Origin: Minisyncoccota bacterium
Lineage (GTDB): Bacteria; Patescibacteriota; Minisyncoccia; Phycocordibacterales; GCA-2401445
Length of the DNA: 64,000 nt
Direction of reading: 5' to 3'
NCBI GenBank assembly: GCA_040879725.1
Contig: JBBDJV010000015.1
Location: 32,127-96,126, forward strand
Below the pieces are notes generated by a model. That model did no database searches, was not told where the DNA came from, and was given only the letters and a program-made list of their open reading frames with translations. How positions within the stretch are numbered: the first letter of the stretch is position 1; each line of letters opens with the position of its first letter. Made by a program: the position numbers and the translations under genes. Positions 35,920-43,101 of this stretch are shown piece after piece.

Positions 35920-36411
35920 ATGGATAAAGAAAAGTACAAGCGACCATCCTGGGATGAATATTTCATGGGATTGGTAAAAGAAGTAGGTACTCGAGCAACT
36001 TGTGATAGAGGAAGATCTGGTTGTGTTATTACTCGTGACCGAAGAATACTTTCCACTGGTTATGTTGGAGCTCCATCTGGGTGTAAGGATTGTGATGAAG
36101 CAGGGCATGAGATGCATACCGTAACACATCCAAATGGTAAAACATCACAACATTGTATTCGAACGAGTCACGCTGAAGCAAACGCCATAGCGCTTGCCGC
36201 GAGGAATGGAGTGATGCTTGATGGTGCGACTCTTTATTGCAACATGACACCTTGTTATGCTTGTGCAAAGATTATTATCAATGCTGGTGTTGTACGAGTT
36301 GTCGTTCGTACCGATTACCATGCAGGAGAAAGAAGTAAAGAAATTTTTAAAGAAGCGGGAGTTGCTTTTGAAATGACGGAAGGAGGTATGGAAACATATG
36401 ATAACCAGTAA
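35920..36411 (+). CDS. dCMP deaminase (cytidine/deoxycytidylate deaminase family)
   Basis: Zn-binding 'HAEANA' and 'PCYACAKII'. Confidence 0.85.
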   Translation: MDKEKYKRPSWDEYFMGLVKEVGTRATCDRGRSGCVITRDRRILSTGYVGAPSGCKDCDEAGHEMHTVTHPNGKTSQHCIRTSHAEANAIALAARNGVMLDGATLYCNMTPCYACAKIIINAGVVRVVVRTDYHAGERSKEIFKEAGVAFEMTEGGMETYDNQ

Positions 36412-36413
36412 TT

Positions 36414-36728
36414 ATGATTGATATAAAAAAATTACAAAAAGAAGTTTTTCAAAACAAGATTGAAAAAGGTTTTAATACCACAGATGTAGCTCTTGAGTTT
36501 TGTCGCGCACACGAAGAGCTTTCAGAAGCGTTTAAGAAATATAACCAAAAGGAAGCCGGTGTTGCTGAAGAGCTAGCTGACGTCGCAATTTTCCTACTTG
36601 GCATGGCTGAGATCCTTGGGTTTGATTTGGAGTCAGAACTAACACGAAAAGTAGAAATAAATAAAAAAAGAAAATATAAGAAAGTAAATGGAGTGTTAGT
36701 GCGAGAAAAAACAGATATTGACCCGTAG
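36414..36728 (+). CDS. MazG-like nucleotide pyrophosphohydrolase
   Basis: 'ALEFCRAHEELSEAFKK...EELADVAIFLLGMAEILGFDL' is the all-alpha NTP-PPase EExxE/D signature. Confidence 0.65.
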   Translation: MIDIKKLQKEVFQNKIEKGFNTTDVALEFCRAHEELSEAFKKYNQKEAGVAEELADVAIFLLGMAEILGFDLESELTRKVEINKKRKYKKVNGVLVREKTDIDP

Positions 36729-37571
36729 CTACACAATCATCTTCGCTTTGATAGGGTCGTGGTGTTTGTAGTTTTCAAGTTTGATATCGTCCATGGTGAA
36801 CGCGTCAATATCAGTGATGTCTGGGTTAAGCCATAGTGTCGGAGGTGTTAAAGGAGTACGAGAAAGTTGTTCTTTTACTGCGTCAAAATGTTCGTGATAA
36901 ATATGAGCGTCGTTCAAGGTGAGTATGCATTCATGTGCTTTTTTGCCTGTTACTTGTGCCACCATTGCGAGCATGAGGGCATAGGAAGCGATGTTGAAAG
37001 GAACTCCCAAGAACATATCACAACTCCTCTGTATCATGTGAAGTGAAAGTTTGTCGTCGTGTACAAAAAACTGGAACATCATATGGCAAGGAGGAAGTGC
37101 CATGTCGTCCATTTCGCCCGGGTTGAACGCGGTAACAAGTAGTCGTCTGTCGTGTGGGTTTGTTTTTATCTTCTGAATAACTTCCGCAAGTTGATCAACC
37201 GTTGTTCCGTCCGGCTTTTTCCATTTTCTCCATTGTATTCCGTACACTCGTCCAAGATCTCCATCAGACTGAGCTTTTGGCTTCCAATAGTCTGATTCCG
37301 CATTTGCGGTCCAGATTGTTGAATCTTTACCGACAAGTTTTTTTAGGTCGTTGTCATTCATGCGGTCTTTTTTCCCGCCTGCTTCAATAAACCAGAGTAG
37401 TTCACTTTTTACTGCCTTAAACGCAAGCTTTTTCGTGGTAACTGCAGGGAAGCCATCTTCCATGTTAAAGCGCATTTGAATAGCAAATAACGCTCGAGTG
37501 ACCGCATTTCTTGTTTGTCTGTCGTGTCCTTCATCAAGGATGCGCTTGAGTACATCATTATATATTTTCAT
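36729..37571 (-). CDS. thyA: thymidylate synthase (ThyA)
   Basis: 'ALPPCHMMFQFFV' carries the catalytic Cys and 'GVPFNIASYAL' has Asn at the dUMP-specificity position. The gene ends tail-to-tail with the MazG-like gene at zero gap. Confidence 0.9.
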   Translation of the reverse strand: MKIYNDVLKRILDEGHDRQTRNAVTRALFAIQMRFNMEDGFPAVTTKKLAFKAVKSELLWFIEAGGKKDRMNDNDLKKLVGKDSTIWTANAESDYWKPKAQSDGDLGRVYGIQWRKWKKPDGTTVDQLAEVIQKIKTNPHDRRLLVTAFNPGEMDDMALPPCHMMFQFFVHDDKLSLHMIQRSCDMFLGVPFNIASYALMLAMVAQVTGKKAHECILTLNDAHIYHEHFDAVKEQLSRTPLTPPTLWLNPDITDIDAFTMDDIKLENYKHHDPIKAKMIV

Positions 37572-37631
37572 ATAATTATAATAGCATATCCCATTAAAGC
37601 CTTATGTTTCGCCATGTGTTACTATAAGGAG

Positions 37632-38252
37632 ATGAAAAAAGGACTATTTATCGTTATGGACGGGTGCGAAGGGGCAGGGAAAAGCTCAATGATTGAGGTT
37701 TTGAAAGAACATTTTTCTGAGAAGAACTTCCTATTTACACGCGAGCCGGGTGGGTCGCTGTTTGCTGAACAGATACGGACACTCATGCTTTCTCCTGAAG
37801 CAAAAGAAGCGAGTGCGGAAACTCAGTTTGGGTTAGTGTGGGCTGCACGGCACGACCACGTGACACAAACCATTGAGCCTGCTCTCCAAGAAGGACTTAC
37901 GGTAGTGAGTGACCGGTTTGATTCTTCTACATTTGCATACCAACTGTATGGCCAGAAAAGTCTACATTTAAGAGAGCACTTTTGGAATACGCGAGACGTG
38001 TATTTAAAGCACACCGTGCCAGACCTCTATGTATTCTTTGATGTTGATCCAAAGGTGGGAATGGAGAGGGTGCAGAAGCGAAAAGGAGAACGGACGCACT
38101 TTGATGAGCGTGATCTAAGTTTTCACAATGAAGTAAGAAAAGGATTTAAGGAGTTCTTAACGCAAGTTCCGAGTGTTGTTATTGATGCGAATAAAACGCA
38201 AGAAGAAGTAAAGAAACTTTTTATAGCAGAGATAGAAAAAATAATGCAATGA
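37632..38252 (+). CDS. tmk: thymidylate kinase
   Basis: P-loop 'FIVMDGCEGAGKSS', and an RBS 'aggag' before ATG 37632. I moved the start from the ORF-track start at 37515. Confidence 0.85.
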   Translation: MKKGLFIVMDGCEGAGKSSMIEVLKEHFSEKNFLFTREPGGSLFAEQIRTLMLSPEAKEASAETQFGLVWAARHDHVTQTIEPALQEGLTVVSDRFDSSTFAYQLYGQKSLHLREHFWNTRDVYLKHTVPDLYVFFDVDPKVGMERVQKRKGERTHFDERDLSFHNEVRKGFKEFLTQVPSVVIDANKTQEEVKKLFIAEIEKIMQ

Positions 38253-38671
38253 ACCTCAGAATAAAAAAGTTACACAGCGATGCAATTATTCCTTCATACG
38301 CGCACGAGGGTGATGCGGGCATGGATTTGTTCTCACTTGAAAAAGTTGTGATAGAACCCAATACGCAAGTATCACTTGCTACGGGTATTGCGCTTGAAAT
38401 ACCGGAAGGGTACGTAGGTTTGATTTGGGATAAGAGCGGATTGTCGCATAAGCACAGACTAAAAACATTTGGAGGTGTCGTAGACGCAGGGTATCGAGGA
38501 GAAGTGCGAATTGGAATTATGAATTTGTCAGACACTTCATATGTTTTTGAAAAGGGACACAAGATAGCACAGATGTTGATTCAACCTGTCGTCTCGGCTA
38601 CTATTACGGAGTCAGACAACCTTTCAGACTCATCTCGTGGTGAAGGTGGTTTTGGAAGTACAGGAAAATGA
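38249..38671 (+). CDS. dut: dUTP diphosphatase
   Basis: 'AGMDL', 'GVVDAGYRGEV' and 'RIAQ' are dUTPase motifs. It overlaps tmk in ATGA. Confidence 0.9.
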   Translation: MNLRIKKLHSDAIIPSYAHEGDAGMDLFSLEKVVIEPNTQVSLATGIALEIPEGYVGLIWDKSGLSHKHRLKTFGGVVDAGYRGEVRIGIMNLSDTSYVFEKGHKIAQMLIQPVVSATITESDNLSDSSRGEGGFGSTGK

Positions 38672-40374
38672 AAAACGAACTGGAAAAACATATTACAGAA
38701 GCGCTCATAAGTCTTGGTATTGAAGTTACCAAGGGTGTTGTAGTTGAACGTCCAGCGGACAGTACTCACGGAGACTGGTCGAGTACTGTTGCACTTGCAT
38801 ACGCAAAGCAGGCAAAAAAAGCTCCCTTGGCTCTCGGAGAGTCGCTTGTCGCTATTCTGAAAGAAAAAAATATACAACACGTAAAAGATATTTCACTTTT
38901 GCATCCCGGGTTTATAAACATCACACTTACTTCGGAGTACTACACGGAACGCATTAAAGATATCCTTTTAAAAGGAAAAGAGGGTGAGGTGAGTGGTGAG
39001 TTTAAGGGTAAGCGGGTTATGGTTGAATATACCGACCCAAACCCGTTTAAGGTTTTTCATATCGGCCATTTGATGAACAACACAATCGGTGAGTCTATCG
39101 CCTGTTTGATGAGTGCGGGTGGTGCAGACGTGGTGCGTGCTAACTATCAAGGAGATGTCGGTTTGCACGTGGCAAAGGCGATATGGGGAATGCGCCAGAG
39201 TAGGCCGGCATTTCCGGAGGATACCGATGATCTTAAAACAAAAATGACTTTTGTTAGCAATGCGTACGCATACGGTGCTAGTCAGTATGAAAGTGATGAG
39301 CAAGCAAAAAAAGATATTGATGCAATTAACAAAGAAGTCTACACACGTGAAAATGAAGATATAAATGTATACTACGACAAAGGGCGCGCGTGGAGCTTGG
39401 AACATTTTGAAGAAGTTTATGCACTTCTCGGTACAAAGTTTGATATCTACTATTTTGAAAGTGAGGTTGCTACTAAGGGTGTTGAAATTGTTCGCAAGCA
39501 TATAGGGACAGTGTTTGAGGAGAGCAACGGTGCGGTAATATATCGTGGCGAAAAAAATGGATTGCACACACGAGTGTTTATTAACTCACAAGGACTTCCA
39601 ACGTATGACGGAAAAGATATCGGACTTACTTGGAGAAAAGAGGAAACAGACCCAAGTGATATTTCTGTTGTCGTGAGTGCTGAAGAACAGAAAGAGTATT
39701 ACAAAGTACTCGTATCAGCGATACGCGAGATTGATCCCGCGATAAGTGAAAAGATGAGACATGTGACACACGGCATGATGCAAGGGCCTGACGGGACTAA
39801 ATTATCATCAAGAAAAGGTACCGCACTTACCGGAGAGTCACTTATTGAAGAGGTTGAAGAACTTGTATGGGAAAAGCTTCGTGAGAGGGATATGAGTGAA
39901 GAGGATAAAAGAGAAGTGATGCAAGCTGTTTCTGTTGGCGCGGTGAAGTATTCAATACTCCGTTCAAAAACAAGTAGTAACATTGCGTTTGATTTTGATA
40001 AATCAATTTCGTTTGAAGGAGACTCGGGTCCGTACTTGCAGTATACTGCCGTGCGCGCGCGTTCGGTTTTGGATAAAGCGGGAAGCCAATTTCTTGCAGA
40101 TGCTACTCCGGTGTTTGAGGAAGTAGGAAAAGCCCTTTATCTTCTACTTGATAAATTTGAAGAGGTTGTGGTTCGCTCGCAGCGAGAGCTCGAACCGCAT
40201 CATATAGCGACGTACGCAATAGAGCTCGCAAGTGCATTTAACGCTTTCTATGCCAATACGCCTATTCTTAATGTTCCTGAAACACCTTCTCGTCTTGCTC
40301 TTGTGCATGCGGTTGAGTTGGTACTTACACACTCTCTTTCACTTCTCGGTATACGGGTCCCTAAGAAAATGTAG
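38668..40374 (+). CDS. argS: arginine--tRNA ligase
   Basis: 'PNPFKVFHIGHLMNNTIG' (HIGH) and a C-terminal DALR-type anticodon-binding region. It overlaps dut in ATGA. Confidence 0.9.
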   Translation: MKNELEKHITEALISLGIEVTKGVVVERPADSTHGDWSSTVALAYAKQAKKAPLALGESLVAILKEKNIQHVKDISLLHPGFINITLTSEYYTERIKDILLKGKEGEVSGEFKGKRVMVEYTDPNPFKVFHIGHLMNNTIGESIACLMSAGGADVVRANYQGDVGLHVAKAIWGMRQSRPAFPEDTDDLKTKMTFVSNAYAYGASQYESDEQAKKDIDAINKEVYTRENEDINVYYDKGRAWSLEHFEEVYALLGTKFDIYYFESEVATKGVEIVRKHIGTVFEESNGAVIYRGEKNGLHTRVFINSQGLPTYDGKDIGLTWRKEETDPSDISVVVSAEEQKEYYKVLVSAIREIDPAISEKMRHVTHGMMQGPDGTKLSSRKGTALTGESLIEEVEELVWEKLRERDMSEEDKREVMQAVSVGAVKYSILRSKTSSNIAFDFDKSISFEGDSGPYLQYTAVRARSVLDKAGSQFLADATPVFEEVGKALYLLLDKFEEVVVRSQRELEPHHIATYAIELASAFNAFYANTPILNVPETPSRLALVHAVELVLTHSLSLLGIRVPKKM

Positions 40375-40413
40375 ACAGCTTGTTTTTGTTGTGCTATTTT
40401 CGATGTAGAGAAT

Positions 40414-40803
40414 ATGAGCACCACCAAAGTTATTGGGTCTGAATCGTGGAAACAACGCGATCGGTTGTTTCTGAAGGAACTGAAGAAAAAACGAAAGAAA
40501 GGATTACTATCGAAAGAAGAAGAGAGCACAATCACCAATTCATTGTCTTGTTTGAGCACAGATACACGAGAGGTTAATCTCTCGCTTGCGGGGAATGAAG
40601 AAGATTTCAAGCTGTACGAGGGTATGGTTCGAAACATTGTTTTGGATGTTGCCAAAGTAAAGAAGCTACTTTCACTTCTCGCGACACCTAAACACGATGC
40701 AGTTTATGGCCAGTTTGCTTTTGCGGTAGAAGTGCTTGAGCAATCCCGCAGAACCATAACTGAATTCCACGAAAAAAATACTCAAAAAGGGAGCGTGAAA
40801 TGA
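40414..40803 (+). CDS. hypothetical protein (K/E-rich, likely coiled-coil)
   Basis: An ORF with no recognisable motif. It overlaps the next ORF by 4 nt. Confidence 0.45.
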   Translation: MSTTKVIGSESWKQRDRLFLKELKKKRKKGLLSKEEESTITNSLSCLSTDTREVNLSLAGNEEDFKLYEGMVRNIVLDVAKVKKLLSLLATPKHDAVYGQFAFAVEVLEQSRRTITEFHEKNTQKGSVK

Positions 40804-41096
40804 ATTTGTATGTACTTGTCGAGCATGGGATTCTTCCTCCGGACGGAGTGGGAATTCTTAAAACAAACATGGATAAGTGGAGGCTTTCTGTTTCCGCGCG
40901 TGAGCAGTTATGCTTACTGATTCACGACATTGAGTCTCCATACATTACTCTGGATGATGTGATCAGGGTCTGGCGTGAGCTCGGACTTCACGACTGGGTG
41001 AGTGATGAAGGAGAGTCCCTTGAGTGGGGACTCCGCAGGGCGGGCGAGGCGTATACCAGGCTCAAAGCGTTGCACCAGGAGCGAAGATTGGTGTAA
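40800..41096 (+). CDS. hypothetical protein
   Basis: An ORF co-transcribed with 40414..40803 and followed by a strong terminator. Confidence 0.45.
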   Translation: MNLYVLVEHGILPPDGVGILKTNMDKWRLSVSAREQLCLLIHDIESPYITLDDVIRVWRELGLHDWVSDEGESLEWGLRRAGEAYTRLKALHQERRLV

Positions 41097-41110
41097 TTCA
41101 AAAAAAATCA

Positions 41111-41145
41111 AAAGCGCTGGAGAAAGAATCCAGCGCTTTTTTTGT
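41111..41145 (+). terminator. rho-independent terminator
   Basis: 'agcgctgga gaaagaa tccagcgct' followed by TTTTTTT. Confidence 0.8.
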
Positions 41146-41168
41146 GGGAAGTGCTTGCCTTGAGACTA

Positions 41169-41226
41169 TAAGAAATAATTGACAGGGTAGGTATTTAAAC
41201 GTACATTACTTTTAGTTCTTTGATAC
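41169..41226 (+). repeat. 58-bp promoter-containing direct repeat, copy 1
   Basis: 'taagaaataaTTGACAgggtaggtatttaaacgTACATTacttttagttctttgatac' contains TTGACA, a 17-nt spacer, then TACATT. It is identical to 42032..42089. Confidence 0.85.
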
Positions 41227-41307
41227 AGATGTTCATTTTCAGCTGTGGCGAAATGTAGTAGTCACACATCAACAAAAATAGCGAAAACCAAGAAAGGAAA
41301 AACCGCT

Positions 41308-41931
41308 ATGAGCAAGCTCCATAAACAAACTACCAAATTGATTGCCCGTATCGCTGAAAATCTCCCTGAGATGGACAGCGACATCATACAGAGATGGATA
41401 GACAATCCCAAAAGACTTCAGAAGTTTCTGCGGAAGCTTTGTATGCCCGAAAAGGAAATTCCCTTGAATACTATCGACCTCGGCGCACCACCTCGACTTC
41501 CGTTTGACGGAGTCGAAGTAGCTCAGCATGTTGGAAAAGGAATTGTCGAAATCGAACTGCGATCGGACGACAATCTTTACATCGGGGGCAAAAAGGTACT
41601 TCTGTATTTGTCGGAATTGCAGATAGGTAATAAGAAAATTGAGGGACACAAACTTCGCCAAGAGCTCGAAGAAAGCAAACGAGAAGTTCTCTTGAACGCA
41701 AATGTCTCGGACTACCTCTACCACCACCCCGAATTGTTTCCTGAACACTGGAAGAAAGACAAAATCGGGGAAACTCTCTATATCTTCTTCTGGGGAAGCA
41801 TTTTTGTCTCTCCAATGCACGATTTTCTGTATGTCCCGGTTCTGTTTTGGCGTGATGGCGGGTTGTGTCGGGATACCCGCTTCCTCGAGGACGGATGGCA
41901 TCGTCAGGATCCGTCTGCTTCCGTAGCATAA
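41308..41931 (+). CDS. hypothetical protein (alternative start at 41245)
   Basis: An ORF directly downstream of repeat copy 1. The coding strand is supported by the flanking plus-strand promoter and terminator, although two long antisense ORFs cover the same DNA. Confidence 0.5.
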   Translation: MSKLHKQTTKLIARIAENLPEMDSDIIQRWIDNPKRLQKFLRKLCMPEKEIPLNTIDLGAPPRLPFDGVEVAQHVGKGIVEIELRSDDNLYIGGKKVLLYLSELQIGNKKIEGHKLRQELEESKREVLLNANVSDYLYHHPELFPEHWKKDKIGETLYIFFWGSIFVSPMHDFLYVPVLFWRDGGLCRDTRFLEDGWHRQDPSASVA

Positions 41932-41984
41932 CTTGGGTACTTTGGACTTGGTCACTTAGACCTAGCCTTTGAGAACCTTTGATC

Positions 41985-42027
41985 TCAGCCCTGCCCAATT
42001 TTAGATTGGTGCGGGGCTTTTTATTTA
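41985..42027 (+). terminator. probable intrinsic terminator
   Basis: GC-rich imperfect stem 'cagccctgccc...gcggggct' followed by TTTTTATTT. Confidence 0.5.
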
Positions 42028-42031
42028 GGGA

Positions 42032-42089
42032 TAAGAAATAATTGACAGGGTAGGTATTTAAACGTACATTACTTTTAGTTCTTTGATAC
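42032..42089 (+). repeat. 58-bp promoter-containing direct repeat, copy 2
   Basis: Identical to 41169..41226. Confidence 0.85.
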
Positions 42090-42096
42090 GAAGGTT

Positions 42097-42146
42097 GGTC
42101 ATAGCGAAAAGCCTTTTAACTATGTTCAGGGTTTCTCGCTATGACC
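42097..42146 (+). promoter_or_regulatory. 17-bp stem / 16-nt loop hairpin in the 5' leader of 42217..42894
   Basis: 'ggtcatagcgaaaagcc' pairs with 'ggtttctcgctatgacc' (1 mismatch, 1 G-U). Immediately downstream is a tandem 'acagatatg' x2, giving a 3-codon uORF (ATG GGC AAC TGA). Confidence 0.5.
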
Positions 42147-42216
42147 ATGCTGGAAATAGCACCCACCTCGGTGTAGAGGTACAGATATGGGCAACTGAGC
42201 CCAAGGAGATACAGAT

Positions 42217-42894
42217 ATGAGCACAAAAGAATTCGCAATTGCTGAGGTTATGCCGGGGCAATTAAACGCACTGGTTAAAACCATTATGCGTCAGACTGGA
42301 GTGAGTGACCCAAACGAAGCGGTTCGCCTCGTCAATTCAAGGGAGTTTGTACTTACCCGACCAGTCCGTGATTGGCATAAGAAAGAGGGTTTTGTTTATT
42401 TTACTGTTACGAGTGAAAATATGACCGGCGAGGATTGGATTACGTGGTACAAAAATAAGGGCATTGATTTGGAGGACGATGTGAAATGTTTGCTCCGTTC
42501 AGAACATTTTAAGCCGACCTCTGGCGTGACAACGAGAGTTGTGCTTTCCCCGGGATCATCTTTATTGATGAGAGAACGTTTGAAGATTGAATGTCTAGAT
42601 GAGGCGCTTTGTGCTCATGGTTATATGACACCAAACATCGAGCTTGGTTTTCTCATGGACAAAAAGTTCGCAAAAAAGGAAATTGCAGAAGATATGGGCT
42701 TCAACTACATTACGGTCATGCATGATCCCGTTCACATAGCCGGACCAGATCAGCGTTTGGTTTATGTGAGTTCAAGTGCTGATAGGCGTCAGTTTTGTTT
42801 GTTTCGTTACAGATCAAATACTGCATTTGTTCTAAAAGAGGCGTTTGCATTTGCTATTTCGGAAGAACAGTATGCTCTCAGTAAATCAAGCTGA
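42217..42894 (+). CDS. hypothetical protein
   Basis: An ORF preceded by 'aggag' and followed by a strong terminator. Confidence 0.55.
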   Translation: MSTKEFAIAEVMPGQLNALVKTIMRQTGVSDPNEAVRLVNSREFVLTRPVRDWHKKEGFVYFTVTSENMTGEDWITWYKNKGIDLEDDVKCLLRSEHFKPTSGVTTRVVLSPGSSLLMRERLKIECLDEALCAHGYMTPNIELGFLMDKKFAKKEIAEDMGFNYITVMHDPVHIAGPDQRLVYVSSSADRRQFCLFRYRSNTAFVLKEAFAFAISEEQYALSKSS

Positions 42895-42923
42895 GTTTGG
42901 TTTCAAGCAGTGTTAACCTTTTA

Positions 42924-42960
42924 GGCCCCGTCCCACTTTGCGGACGGGGCTTTTCTTTTT
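42924..42960 (+). terminator. rho-independent terminator
   Basis: 'ccccgtcc cactttgc ggacgggg' followed by CTTTTCTTTTT. Confidence 0.8.
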
Positions 42961-43050
42961 ACGGAATTACGGAAGCCAGGCTTCCGTGAAAAGAAAATGT
43001 GGTGTAATTTGCTTACCCTTATTTATACCAAAATTTTCTCTGACATATAG

Positions 43051-43079
43051 TCCACAAAACTCTCCAAAAGTGCTAGAAT
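43051..43079 (+). promoter_or_regulatory. candidate promoter with extended -10 for ileS
   Basis: 'tccaca', a 17-nt spacer, then 'TGcTAGAAT'. This places the transcription start after the ORF-track ATG at 43078. Confidence 0.4.
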
Positions 43080-43101
43080 GACTACATTCGGGCACTTTTT
43101 T

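Noticed and set aside
35833-36268. ORF-track N-terminal extensions of folA (start 36056), tmk (37515), efp (59140), secE (33345), ileS (43078), thrC (54345) and the ABC ATPase (19706)
   Set aside because: Homology-consistent internal ATGs with better context are preferred: immediately after the upstream stop, after an RBS, or after a promoter whose -10 overlaps the longer ORF's ATG. The longer versions would overlap neighbouring genes or promoters.
41269-41998. Antisense ORFs 41269..41955 (228 aa) and 41471..41998 (175 aa) opposite the 41308..41931 gene
   Set aside because: The promoter (41169-41226) and terminator (41985-42027) are both on the plus strand. The antisense frames are Arg/Ser-rich and lack start context. 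I treat them as a by-product of unusual composition, which is recorded as a finding.
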